From the NCBI GenBank assembly GCA_964016885.1, contig OZ024751.1, positions 22,692,001 to 22,756,000 of the forward strand: a stretch of 64,000 bases of DNA, in the 5' to 3' direction. The notes beneath the pieces are model-generated. The model saw only the letters and a program-made list of their open reading frames with translations. It ran no database searches and was not told the DNA's origin. This document shows positions 42,237 to 56,164 of this stretch, piece by piece. Source of the stretch: Eledone cirrhosa (taxonomy: Eukaryota). Positions within the stretch are counted from its first letter, which is position 1. The number at the start of each line of letters is the position of its first letter. The position numbers and the translations under genes were made by a program.

Positions 42237-42664
42237 CGCCACTACTACCACTACTTCCACTACTGCTGCTACTGGTTACAGAAGTCAAGACTTCAGATGA
42301 AAAACGATGAATGCCGAATTACCCTATCCCCCTATAAATTGCTAATGATTTTATACATTATAATACACTACATTACTTTATGCTGTATATTTCAGCATAT
42401 ATTTAAATGTGATTTTATACGTTTTGTTGGGTTTTGTTAGTGTTTTTTATTGCTTAATATTTTGGACAGATCGACATAAAGTTGAGACAATCGACATAAA
42501 AGAAGGTTTATTTTTGCCATATAATATTAAGAAAAAAACCGTCGTAACTTCAAAAATGACAAAACTCGAAACGACATAAGCCGAGAGACCCGTCTTAATA
42601 GAGATCCCAGTATCGTCGCGAAAATCAACATGAAATGAAAATATTTTCCTCAAGAACACAATAC

Positions 42665-42965
42665 ACCACATAGACCGGGAATCCAATATATGGCCGTAAG
42701 ATCGTGAATCCAACACACCTAGCCATTAAACCACACAACTTCACCGCAGAAGAATCGAATTTAGGGTCATAAGATCATAAGTTCAACCCACCTAGCCACT
42801 AAGCCATGTACCTTCAGCGCAGAGGAATTGGACATAGGGTCGTAAGATCAGGATTTCAAAATACATAACCACTAAGGTACGCACCTTAGCCACAGAAAAA
42901 GCGAGCATACGGCCGTAAGAGCGTCTGTTCAACACACATAACCACTAAGCGACGCGTGTTTACCG
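42665..42965 (-). repeat. 73-bp tandem array of tRNA-like SINE heads (4 units)
   Basis: gg(c/t)cgtaagatc...accactaagcc period of 73 (starts ~42692, 42765, 42838, 42911); minus strand reads gtggcttagtggttag..gttcgattc-like. Confidence 0.7.
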
Positions 42966-43173
42966 CAGAGATATACAGAAATATCATGACGAGGAAAAGA
43001 GAGAATAATTTTCTAAAAATTAGAAAGTATAAATATATAAAAAGTGGTGCATTTAAAAGAGTGTTTGCTATAAATATTAGACAATCTATTTCTGTCGTTT
43101 GTTCACTAAACCATTGTAACAGTCAACATTTTGACATATGAACGCTGAGAATAAACCAATCACTTCTTCGCCA

Positions 43174-43227
<54 letters not shown>

Positions 43228-43487
43228 CGTCTGTCTGTCTGTGTGTCTGTCTCTCTCTGTCTGTCTGTCTTCTCTTGCTCTCTCTAACTATCTCTCTTGC
43301 TCTGTCTCTGTGTGTCTCTCTCTCTGTCTCTCTCTCTCTCTCTCTGTCTCTGTCTCTCTCTATCTATCTCTTGCTCTCTCACTCAATTCAAGCTATCTCT
43401 CTTCTTTTCTCGCCCTCCTCGCTTTCTAACTATATATCTCCTTCTCTCCTCCATTCTCTATTTCAAACTTTCACAGTCTCACCCTCC

Positions 43488-43534
<47 letters not shown>

Positions 43535-43539
43535 CCTGC

Positions 43540-43581
<42 letters not shown>

Positions 43582-43670
43582 ATATATCTTCTGTTTTCTA
43601 TTCTTTATTATTTATTTTTCTTGTTTATTTTTCTCTCTCCTTATTTTTCTCAAATCTAACCGTGTTTCTC

Positions 43671-43716
<46 letters not shown>

Positions 43717-44309
43717 CTCTCTCTCTCTCTCTCTAATATAATATATCTATCGACCGGTCTATCTATTTACTTATCGAGATTACGTAGATAAAAATGAACG
43801 TTTATTTGTTGTATGTATATGTTGGAATAAGTCACTTGTAAAACATGAATTTATTAATGCTTCTTTGTACGCGTGTATAATATTGTCAGTGTTCTGTTAA
43901 TAACTGTGTGGCTCAATAGTTAACGTGTTGGGTCCACAACCGTAGAGTCATGAGTTCGATTCTCGAACCATGCAGCTTTTTGTGTCCTTGAGCAAGACAC
44001 TTTACTTCAGGCATATCAAACATGTGGCCGGCGAGCCGCATGTGGCCCTTTACACGTGTTTGTGTGTTTCCTATGTATCTAGTTTTATACACCAAAATGT
44101 TTGTCTGTAGCTATATATATCTATGTGAATCTGTAGTATACATACATTTATATGTCTGTGTATGTCTATGGCTTTATAATCTATGTCTTTGTGTATCTGT
44201 CTTGCTCACATTGTATGCGTATATGTGTGTGTTTGGGTGTGTGTGTATGTTATGTAATGTTCCTGTGTCTGTTTGTTTCATATTAAATGTGTGTATATGC
44301 TAGTGTGTG

Positions 44310-44380
<71 letters not shown>

Positions 44381-44659
44381 TTTTTTCAGACAACGTTCCA
44401 ACAAACAAACAGATGCCATTTTCATGGGAAAACAAACACAAGCAACAATAACAACAATAACAACAATAACAATAACACCAATAATAATAATAACAACAAA
44501 TGATAAAAACACGGTAATTCTATATCATACATCATCCTGCTTACATATAAACCTCAGATTTTTTAATTTTAAACACCAAGAAATACCGTATCTATAGACA
44601 TTCTCTCTATACACATCATCAATTCACGCTGCTCTGATAGACATCCTATTTCTCTGTCT

Positions 44660-44705
<46 letters not shown>

Positions 44706-44707
<2 letters not shown>

Positions 44708-44894
44708 AACCAGTAAGACCCCGACAGCTGAGCTCAAGCCGTTTCGACGGCTAATTCAGTCCAGAATTAGCCGTCGAAACGGCTTGAGCTCAGCTGTCGG
44801 GGTCTTACTGGTTCCTATTACCCACTCTACTACCTCAAGTATTGAGTACTTTGGTGCATTATGGTCCACCTGGTTCCTTACCACATTTCCTTCG

Positions 44895-44897
<3 letters not shown>
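44706..44897 (+). mobile_element. Fold-back element family H1, copy 4: perfect 52-bp-arm hairpin plus tail
   Basis: Arms 44706-44757 and 44764-44815 are exact reverse complements around loop agtcca; contain GAAAC-GGCT..AGCT-GTC; long (TA)n on both sides. Confidence 0.85.
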
Positions 44898-44936
<39 letters not shown>

Positions 44937-44990
44937 GTGGAGAAGTATATAAAGGAGAACAAACCGTTAAAACATGTTTATTTAAAACAG

Positions 44991-45030
44991 CACCTATGTA
45001 CGTTTCGTCCGAAAGGGCTTCTCAAGGGCA
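44991..45030 (-). ncRNA. Variant minimal hammerhead-like motif
   Basis: Minus: tgcc-CTTGAGA-A-gccc-tttc-ggac-GAAAC-GTAC-ATA-ggtg, then AATAAA; island between (TA)n tracts. Confidence 0.5.
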
Positions 45031-45121
45031 TAAAAAACTAAAGAGTATTCCTTACGTGACTCAGAAGAGGTTTTAAAGATAAGTTCACGTCACAGTTCAT
45101 TCTTCGTAAAAAAACATGTAT

Positions 45122-45162
<41 letters not shown>

Positions 45163-45163
<1 letters not shown>

Positions 45164-45294
45164 TAAAAAATACAGTAAGAAGCCAGGATTATCCGTCATC
45201 AGTTATCTTCTAGCCATCATAGTTATTTCTTCACCTATGATGGCTAGAAGATCACTGATGACGGATAGTCCTGGCTTCTTACTCTATTTTTTAA
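45163..45294. mobile_element. ~60-bp-arm hairpin element adjoining (TA)n
   Basis: Arms 45163-45222 and 45235-45294 with few mismatches; followed by a short unique tail. Confidence 0.7.
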
Positions 45295-45446
45295 TTCATA
45301 TGTATCACATCCGCAACAACGCAGGACGCCATTTTCATCTCTCTCTCTCTGTTTTCTGAGATTTATCTTAACCTACAACATTTTCAACGTATGGATTACA
45401 TTGAGTTCTTCATACAGAATAGACCCCACAACTTACAGTGGATACC

Positions 45447-45504
<58 letters not shown>

Positions 45505-45622
45505 TAACTCCGCAAAACCTATCTGTTGAATGCTTCCAATCTATTGTAAAACTCATTCTTTGATTTATTCATTGAATCTTGTTTAACTTTTAAATAAATA
45601 TATATATATATATATATATATA

Positions 45623-45737
45623 GGGAAATGTTTGACCCCGACGGCAGAGCTCAAGCCGTTTCGACGGCTATTTCTTCAGTCCAGAAATAGCCATCGAAAC
45701 GGCTTGAGCTATTCCGTCGGGGTCCTGAACCTTTTCA
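45623..45737 (+). mobile_element. Fold-back element family H1, copy 5 (no tail)
   Basis: gaccccgacggcagagctcaagccgtttcgacggctatttc / gaaatagccatcgaaacggcttgagctattccgtcggggtc; (TA)n flanks. Confidence 0.8.
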
Positions 45738-46283
45738 TATATATATATATGTGTATGTATATATATATATGTGTGTATGTGTGTGTGTATGTATATATAT
45801 ATATATATATATGTGTGTATATATGTCTCTGTGTGCATGCATCTTTTTATATATGTATGTATTAAGTGTGATGGCTGCAGGTATGGAGAAAGTTCGTTAA
45901 AGAACTAATACTACAAAAGCTTGACATAGACAACATAACTTCCTTCCATAACAACTGTTGACCTCCTGTTCAAAACACTTCCAGCTTATAATCTAATGTA
46001 CCTTGTAACTATTTATCCCTTCCGTCCTTCTTTTGTCTCTCCTTCCTATCTCCCTCTCTTCCTTCCTTCCACCTCTTTGTATCTCCCTTCTACTATCTAT
46101 CACACCTTGTCTGTCCCCCTCTCTATCCTTATCTATCCTTACACACACACTTTCTCCCTCTCTCTCTATCTATCTATCTATCTATCACACACACACACTT
46201 TCTCCCTTTCTCTCTCACCATCTATCTATCTATCTATCTATCTATATACCTATCTATCACACACTCACATTCATTATTAGTTT

Positions 46284-46460
46284 AGTATCGGTAGAGGTTC
46301 GGACGCCATGCTTTGACGCATAGAGTTACGGCCCTTGCCATTCTGAGTTCAAATCCCGCCGAGGTTAACTTTGCCTTTCATCCTTACGGGGTCGATAAAA
46401 TAAAGTACCAGTAATGTACTGGGTAATTTTCTGGCCTTGTGCCAATAGTAGAAACAATTA
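46284..46460 (+). mobile_element. SINE A young copy
   Basis: TSD attattagtttagt. Confidence 0.9.
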
Positions 46461-46574
46461 TTAGTTTAGTTATCTTGTTGTTGTTATTGTTGCTGCTGTT
46501 ATTTTTGTTCTACATTTAAAAAAAAAAAATTTATGTTGATTTTTTTCAATGAGATTCTTAAATAAGGATGGGGT

Positions 46575-46854
46575 GGGAGGAAGAGGGGGAGGAAGAGGAG
46601 GAAGAGGAGGAGGAGGAGGAGGAGGAGGAGGAGGAGGAGGAGGAGGAGGATGAGGAGGAGGAGGAAGAGGAGGAAGAGGAGGAGGAGGAGGAGGAGGAGG
46701 ATGAGGAGGAGTTGAAGCAGGAGGAGGGTGAAAAAGAAAGAACAAACAAAAAGAAAACAGAGAAAGAAGGAAAGAAGCAGCGAGAAAGAAATGAAAATGA
46801 AGCTACATAGAACGAAAAAGGAAACATAGAAAGAAGAAAAGAAAGAAAGAAGAA

Positions 46855-46921
<67 letters not shown>

Positions 46922-47000
46922 AAAGAAAAGAAGAAGAAAATAAATTAAAAGAAAGAAAAACAGAGAAGAAAGAATGAAGAAAGAAAGAAAGAAAGGTGAT
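46575..47000. repeat. (GAG)n and (GAAA)n purine tracts
   Basis: Direct reading. Confidence 0.9.
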
Positions 47001-47216
47001 TGGTGATGGAGGCAAAAACAAAATAAAAATAAATATATAACAACAAAATAACAAGGAAACAAAACATTCAAAAGCACAAAATCATGTTAAGATTGTGATA
47101 AAGGAACTTTATAATTTAGGTGGCGGTGGTGGGGGGTGGGGAGAGTTTAAAGGGAGCAGCAGCAGCAGCAGCAGCAAGCTAGGCTGCGTCAGTGATATAC
47201 CGGGGTATGGTGAAAA

Positions 47217-47274
<58 letters not shown>

Positions 47275-47413
47275 ATGTATATATACACATATGTATATAC
47301 ACACACACATATATATATATATATATATGCACATACACACTCACACATGTATATATATATATGTGTGTGTGTGTGTATGTGCATATATATATATGTGTGT
47401 GTGTGTATGTGCA

Positions 47414-47458
<45 letters not shown>

Positions 47459-47497
47459 ATATACATATATATATATGTATATATATATATATTTCTT

Positions 47498-47529
<32 letters not shown>

Positions 47530-47530
47530 T

Positions 47531-47596
<66 letters not shown>

Positions 47597-48039
47597 TATA
47601 TATGTGTGTGTGTATATACATATATATATATGTGTGTGTATATGCATATATATATGTGTGTATATGCATATATATATGTATATATATATATATATTTCTT
47701 TTAATATATATATATATATATATATAAAGAAATATATATATATATATATAGTAATAAGAAAAAGACCAATTAGACATGTCAACATTAACATTTTACATCC
47801 GTAGTGACACACTAGAAAATTATCGAACAAAACATTTAAAACATATAACAAAACAAAACAACAAAAATATATATAAATATGTTATAAAATAATTGTTTCT
47901 ACTTTTGGCACAAGGCCAGCAATTACTCAGTGTATTACTGGTACTTTATTTTATCGACCCCCGTATAAAATAATAAAAGAAAATATTAAGAAAGGAAATA
48001 AAGATGATTTTAAAAATATAATAATAATGATGATATTAA

Positions 48040-48488
48040 TAGTGATGGTGGTGGTGGTGGTGGCGGTGGCGGTGGCGGTGACGAATGATTGTGTGATTAC
48101 GTTACTGATGCTGATGAGACTGTTGATCGTGGTGGTGGTGGTGGTGGTGGCGGTGGTGGTATTGCTTCTGTTGAAGATGGTGATGGTACTGATTATGGTG
48201 GTGGTGGTGGTGGTGGTGGGGGTGGGACTGTTGCTGAGGTTGATGATGATGATGATGATGGTAACAATGATGATGGTACTGATGATGGTGGTGGTGGTAC
48301 TGCTGCTGGTACTGATGATGATGGTGGTGGTGATGGTGGTGGGGGTACTGCTACTACTGAGGATGGTGATGGTACTGATGATGATGATGGTGGTGATGGT
48401 GGTGGTCGTGGTACTGTTGCTGAGGTTGATGATGATGATAGTAACAATGATGATTGTACTGATAATGGTGGTGCTGGGTTTGCTGATA

Positions 48489-48519
<31 letters not shown>

Positions 48520-48590
48520 TCCTAGGGTTGTTGTTGTTGTTGTTGTTAGGGGTGATAGTGGGGACGAAGAAGAAGAAGAAAAAGAAAGAG
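48040..48590. repeat. Compound (GGT)n/(GAT)n repeat with recurring gatggtactg and gttgctgagg
   Basis: Direct reading. Confidence 0.85.
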
Positions 48591-49145
48591 AAAAAAGGGC
48601 GTTATTATTACTATGTGGCATATAAAGAACCTATAACTATAATTATTATTATTACTGTTATTATTATTATCAATGTCCTATTTTTTTCAGTGTATGGGAA
48701 GCTGGGGGTGGTTGGTGGGTAGGGGGTGGGGTGGTTGGTAGGTAGGGGTGGGGCGAGGGATCACTTCTCAGCGGTTTCCTGCTAAATTTCAATGAAAAGA
48801 TAAGATAAATTTCATAATGGTTGTGAACAGAATCAATTAACGTTTCAATAATTGTGGCGGATGAGGGGTTAGGGTAGAGAGAGGTAGAGAAGCAGTGAGA
48901 GAGGGGGTAGAGGGAGGTGGTGGAGTGGGGATTGTGAAAGCTGTAACGTAGAAACAGGAGGAGGGAGGAGGAAGAGGAGGGGAGGAATAAAAGGTAGTAA
49001 AAAAAATAATAATAAATAAACTATTAAAAAAAATTAGAGATTGAAATTTATTAAGAAAGAAAAAGAAAGAAGAAAGAAGACGAAAGAAGAAAGAAACAAC
49101 AACAACAACAACAACACCAACAACAACAACAACAACACCACCACC

Positions 49146-49176
<31 letters not shown>

Positions 49177-49221
49177 CCACCACCACCAACAACAATAAGA
49201 TGCAACGTCTAAGATCGGTAA

Positions 49222-49998
49222 AGGTTTATGACTCCACATAATATATAGGTCATAACTTCAGATAATATATAGACTATAATACTACATATTCTATAGGTCA
49301 TAACTCGAGATAATATATAGACTATAAGACCACATATTCTATAGGGCATAACTCTAGATAATATATAGACTATAATACTATATATATATATTCTATAGGT
49401 TGTAACACCATATAATATATAGGTTATGACTCCACAATTTATAGGTCATAACTCTTCTGTTCTATAAATATGTTCTGTAGGCTATGACTCTACATGTTCT
49501 ATAGGTTATGACTCCACTTGTTCTTGTATTAGCTATGATCACATACTCTATAGACTAAGACACCACATATTCTATAAATTATGACTACATACTATGGGAC
49601 TATGATTACATACTATGAGTCTATGACACCACATATTCTATAAATTATGACTACATACTATGAGACTATTATACCACATATTCTATAAATTATGACTTCA
49701 TACTATGAGACTATTATACCACATATTCTATAAATTATGACTACATACTATGAGACTATTACACCACATATTCTATAAATTATGACTACATACTATGAGA
49801 CTATTACACCACATATTCTATAAATTATGACTACATACTATGAGACTATGGCCTCACATATTCAATAGATTAAATCCACAATATATAGGTTATAACTTGA
49901 CTTATTCTATTCACTGTGACCACTTAATCTAAAGGCTATGACTCCACTTATTCTATAAACTTTGATCACATACTATATAAGCTTACGACTCCACATAA
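49222..49998. repeat. Minisatellite: degenerate ~22-24-bp monomers with a homogeneous 45-bp dimer core (~49625-49860)
   Basis: Core unit caccacatattctataaattatgactacatactatgagactatta. Confidence 0.9.
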
Positions 49999-50512
49999 GG
50001 CATAGGCATTTGTTTTTTGGTTGTTTACGAAACAGGCAGATAATATATTTATTCTCAGCAGTACGTATTGATTTCCATAGATTCCCGATTCCATTTCAGA
50101 CCACATGATAATAATGATATGTGGGCGAAGATAAACAAACACCGAAGCCATTGAAATAGATTAAATATATTTCGATATAATCTTCGGCCATTTTGTTGTT
50201 GCTGATGTTAGTGTTGTTGTAACTTTGTTTCCATTCGCCAGTAAGTTAATAATGGCCGAATGTATGAATGTGTATATATGCTGCTTCGCGTATGAGGAAA
50301 TATTCATAGTTCTGTGCTTCGTATTCTACAAAGTTATTTCATTAGTTGATATACTCGTAGTATTATTTTATTTATCACATAAACATGTATTTCTTATGGG
50401 GGTTTTCTATGTAATCTTATATTTTGTTTTATTCCACAAAGAATCAATTCTGACCAGATAGATGAAGGTGTAAACATATCTGTAGTTCTGTAGTTCGTAT
50501 TCCACACCATAA

Positions 50513-50603
<91 letters not shown>

Positions 50604-50614
50604 TACTTTAGACA

Positions 50615-50980
50615 GGGCAGTATCGGTAGAGCGTCGGACAACATGCTTTGCGGCATATAGTTATGATTCTTTACTTTCTGAGTTCAAATACCGACGAGGT
50701 TAGTTTTACCTTTCATCCTTACGGCGTCGATAAAATAAAGTACCAGTAAAGCACTGGGGTCGATTTAATCGACTTATCCTCCCCCGAAAGTGTTGGCTTT
50801 GTACCTAAATCAGAGATGATTATTTGCCGAGGTGAGATATTGGAAGTGTCGGTAGGACATCTCGGACAAAATGCTTGGCGGTATTTAGTTACGAATTTCT
50901 ACTTTCTGAGTTCAAATCCTGCTGAAGTCATCTTTGCCTTTCACTCTTCTGTGGTCGACAAATAGAATACCAGTCTAGTA
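50615..50980 (+). mobile_element. Two SINE A copies (first is long form)
   Basis: ggcagtatcggtagagcgtcggac...ggggtcgatttaatcgactt. Confidence 0.8.
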
Positions 50981-50999
50981 ATGAGTCTTTTATTAGTAA

Positions 51000-51201
51000 T
51001 ACAAGGACCGGCTGAAAAGTGCATAGGCTGACTATGAAGGAATGATGCTAGACTTGTGAAATCTTGCATGCATTAATTTCAACTCTTCTTTTTAATAATT
51101 GCATTGTTTCTTTCCAGGGACTATGTTGAAAATAAACCTTATTTCGTAATTCCATGAGAGTATCTTGGTCAGTCTATGATCTTTTCAGCCGAACCTCCTA
51201 T
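51000..51201 (+). mobile_element. Tc1/mariner-type MITE
   Basis: tacaaggaccggctgaaaagtgcataggctgac ... gtcagtctatgatcttttcagccgaacctccta. Confidence 0.8.
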
Positions 51202-52524
51202 GTATATATATATATATATATATATATTGCTATGAAAGGGTTAACGTGCTGTAGTGATTTAAAAAATGGCGCCACGAATGAGTAATTCTGTGAAGACGAA
51301 CGGGTTCGTTGCATCAGTTCGGAACGGTTTTAAGAATCGCTATATGTACATGAAGATTTCCTTTAGTGTCCCAGTGGCACTATAGAAACTATTATAGAAA
51401 TTATAATTATATATTTCCTTTTTTGGTGACTTGGCAAAGTCGTTAGAACTTCAGATAGACTACATTGCAGTATTCTTTCTGGCTCTCTGCACTCTAAGCG
51501 AAAAACCAACCGAGGTCAAATTTATCTTTTATCCTTTCGAAATCGAGGAAATCGAGGAAAGAAATGCCACTCCAATACTGGGTTCGATTCTTCCTCTATA
51601 TCTTTCCCAATTCTGGTTTATCACTACGACGCCCCCTAGGATTCCAACAGAAGTTCCAGGTCCATACATATATGCATACATTTACTTTCCAATTAACTTG
51701 CTTTCCTAAATGAAGCCAAAGAAAAAAAAAGACTTTTCTTTTAATTCTAGCGACATATGTTTATATTAATATTTACACATTTATAAATATATGTCAGCAC
51801 TCTTTATGTGTTTGGCAGAAATTGACCTCAAGTCTGAATAAAAATACACAAGTTATTTTACACCGAGCTCTAATGCTTTTGTTAATTCGACAACACTCCC
51901 ACATAACGCCAAAGCGAATTATTCTATACTCTTCTCTTCTTCGAGAAAGAGCCTTAGTTCGAAACATCGATAATATTTCTCCTTTCTTTTAGGAAATTAC
52001 ATTTACTTGTAATAAGTTGTTTCATCTGAAGATGTTATTGAAAATATAAGCCATAACCGTAAGAAATACTCGTCAATGTGATGATCAAGATAAAGCAATA
52101 AGAATGGACGACAGAAAGAAAAAAAGAAGTGTTCTAAAGCAATGAGATTTTCCTTGTTAATTATATGTTTAACGTCTCGTAAACACCGCGGTTTCATAGC
52201 AAGTAACAACCATAAAAATATCTTTAAAGATCTTATGTTATTTCATCATTGCTTTGAAAGATGAATAAATACGTGTTCATGGTAATATTAAAGATGGACA
52301 TGATAACAACAACAATAATAATAGCAGTAATAATTGTTACTTTATCTGTATGAAAACGATATCATGTGTGTGTGTGTGTGTGCGCGCGCGCGCGCGTGTG
52401 TGTTTGTGTGTCTGTGTGTGATAGGACAATTTGCCGTGTATTACAATTATGAATTCACCCCACAATGAATCAATAGTCTGTTTGTCTATCTGTCTATCTC
52501 ATGCATCCATTCATATATACAATC

Positions 52525-52555
<31 letters not shown>

Positions 52556-52779
52556 AATACAAACAAACACACATATATGAGCTGGGTGTTGGAGCAGCAG
52601 CAACATCAAAGCCCGCCCGCGACATATTACACTTTGAACAAAAGATTATACAATTGCTATCTGATGAGGTCATACCTATTACATAACAGATGATATTGAA
52701 ATATATATAACAATGACAAAATAATCAATAAGATTATGTAAGATTCAAGCACACTGACTTCTTCATTATATAACACACA

Positions 52780-52903
<124 letters not shown>

Positions 52904-53689
52904 TACGTGCGTGCGTGTGTGCGTGTGTGTGTGTGTGTGTGTGACACCATTTGAAATTAAAACGTAAAGGACCTTATCTAAATGCTTCAAATCATTTTGT
53001 CTGAGGTATCAAAGATTCTGCCAACCCATCGTACTTTCCAACCTAATGTTGTTAGAGTTATTTGGGGAAATCTGGTACAATGCAAGCTAGAAATAAATGA
53101 GTTGAAACAAAAGTAAAGACTAACACTAACGAAACAAAACAATAGATTACGTTTACTATCTATTTCATAATATTTCGGATTGAGGACCCTTTTTCAAAAG
53201 TAAGGGAATAGAGAATTACTGTTGTTTTTTTCTTTTCTTTTCTTTTCTTTTCTTTTCTTTTCTTTTCTTTTCTGTGTCTTACTCTCCTCTAATTTTCACT
53301 CCTATATTTTTAACATGCATTATATCGGCTTTTTCAAAGCAATCCTAGTTACTACATATCTCGTTACAATAATTACTTTTCACCAAAAGCAGCCTCAGCA
53401 ATGGGTTAACGTTAATATATTCTAGAATATTTCGTTTAAATTAAATAGAAAGGAAAGTACATCGATCGAGTGTTAAATGGAGTCCAGTGATGCGCAGAAG
53501 AAATGAATGTGTCAAGAGGATAGAAGAATCAATCAGAATAATTACTGGGAGAAAAATGGCTGCTTACGAATAACTCTGACCTTAGATAAAGTGCAAAGTT
53601 TGATGACGAAAAGATAAGTTTTAAATTGATTGAATTGTTTAGACTTCATACCAGGTCAATTTGTTTTGTAATACTACAACGGCGTGTCT

Positions 53690-54470
53690 AGATATAATCG
53701 ATAGATGCGACTCAAGTAACATTATATTTGAATCTAGATTTAGTCGATAGATTAGAGACCTTTAATGCTATAGTGCACTTTGTATGTAGCTAGATAGAGT
53801 CGATAGATGTGACATCTGTAACATTATATTGATGTCTACAGTCGCCAGTTGTGACATCTGTAACAATGTATTGATGTTTATATATAGTCCACAGATGTGA
53901 CATCTGTAATATTATACTGATGTTTATATATACTCGACAGATGTGACTTTTGTGGCACTATGTTGATGTCTATATATAGTCAACAGATGTGACTCTATAG
54001 CCAACAGATGTGACTCTTGTGGCACTATATTGATGTATATATATAGTCAACAGATGTGACTTTTGTGGCGCGATGTTGATGTCTATATATATAGTCAACA
54101 GATGTGACTCTTGTGCCACTATATTGATGTCTATATATAGTCAACAGATGTAACTCTTGTGGCACTATATTGATGTATATATATATATATATATATAGTC
54201 TACAGATGTGACTCTTGTGGCACTATATTGATGTATATATATAGTCTACAGATGTGACTTTTATGACACTATAACGGAGTCAAGATATAGTCGCTAGATG
54301 TGACTCGTGTGGATCTACAGCGGAGTCTATATATAGTTAACAGATGTATATGTCTAGATATAGTCGATAGATGTGACTTTTCTGGCACTATAGCGGAGTC
54401 AGGATACATTCGACAGGTGTGACATCTGTAACACTTTAGCAGAATCAAAATATAGTCAATAGATGCCACA
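53690..54470. repeat. ~43-48-bp minisatellite
   Basis: Unit atagtcaacagatgtgactcttgtggcactatattgatgtctatat, with variable internal (TA)n. Confidence 0.9.
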
Positions 54471-54799
54471 TCAATATATTACTGATTACTCTAATCGATA
54501 TCATGGATGAGTAATGAGACTAAGTTGATTTCTAGTGGATTTTGAAGTGAGAAAATTGGAAGCAGTAGAACTAATTACACTAATTAATTTAGTCCCATGC
54601 TTTGCCGTTTCTTCTTTAGTTTCAAAACGAGTCAAAGACGAAGCCTCTTTGTGGTCGTTTGATCTTCTAGAAACAGCAGTCAAATCTCAAAAAATGACAT
54701 TTAAAAACAGAAATGTTACAATAACTCTTTTGTTACCAAACTGCATGAAACCATTCCTAATTTACAAACAGGTTTTATTTTACTTTACAATGTTATCTT

Positions 54800-54926
54800 A
54801 TAATTGTTTCTTCTTTTTGGCACAAGGCCAGCAATTATCCCAGTGCATTACTGGTACTTTATCTTATCGACCCCGTACGGATGAAAGGCAAAGTTAACCT
54901 CAGTGGGATTAGAACTCAGTGCGTAA
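54800..54926 (-). mobile_element. SINE A, 5'-truncated
   Basis: TSD aatgttatcttataat on both sides. Confidence 0.9.
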
Positions 54927-56009
54927 ATGTTATCTTATAATAATCCACAAATATATTTGAAATGTCCCTGCTAAAATTTAACTATGGACAAATGGTAGGT
55001 GAATACAACCCTTTCTTAAAGATTTTAAGGTTTTGTGAAATATAATTGTGTTTATATTGGTTTTAAATTGTAATTAAATTAAACAATCTTTAATAATTTT
55101 ATAATGGACCCATTTTGTCTCGTTATGTTACAAATTCCTACTTAATAATAAAAAAGGTTTTTTACTAAATCCTTCCAAAATTTGGTTCTCGTCTTGCCCG
55201 TAACTGCTACAGCAGCAGCAGTAACAGCTACAGCAGAAACAACAACAACATCAGCAGTAACAGCAACAACAAGAACAGCAACAACAACAACAGTAACGAC
55301 AACAACAACAGTAACAATAGCAACAACAGCAGCAGCAAAAGCCTCATCAGGAATGCAATCAACAGCAAGAATTGACTCTAACAATAACAATAAAAACACA
55401 AATTTAGAATAACAATAACCACAAATGTAAAACAACAACAACATCACATCATCATCATCACCCTTATCATCATCATCATCATCATAAATAACGAGCAACA
55501 AAAATCAAGAACAAGAGTATCAAATTGAAAAAATATCAACAACAACAACACGATACTGGATGAATGATTCTTAAAGTGATAATAGCAAAACTACCAATAT
55601 TTTTATAATACAGATCTAAAATCGATTATATTTTATTTTTTTAGAAAATCGATAATTTTCTTTGTTGCTCAACCAGAAGCTAATGGAAAAGAAAAGAGAG
55701 AAAAAGAGAAAAAAGAAAAGAAAAATAAAGAAAGAAATCTACTTCTTCGAGTCATCCTAGAATCGTGGGTGGCTGAGAGCACATATAATGAGGGGGTTGT
55801 GAAACAAAGTAACGTTCAGCAGTTCGAATCTTGCTCCCTGCCCAGCCCAGTGTCTATATCAATGTCCAACATAACATTTTAACATATATATATATATATA
55901 CATATATACATACATATACATATATACTTCCATACATATATATATATATATATACTTCCATACATATATGTATACATATATATATATACTTCCATACATA
56001 TATGTATAC

Positions 56010-56041
<32 letters not shown>

Positions 56042-56085
56042 GCATACATACATATATATACATATATATATACTTGCATACATAC

Positions 56086-56122
<37 letters not shown>

Positions 56123-56133
56123 TGCATACATAC

Positions 56134-56164
<31 letters not shown>

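Noticed and set aside
45640-45685. Minus-strand CTGAAGA read as the H1 hammerhead core
   Set aside because: Gives no stem II or stem I pairing; better explained as the complement of the hairpin loop.
48089-48625. Gly/Asp-rich 178-aa ORF
   Set aside because: Compound GGT/GAT repeat; open in several frames by composition.
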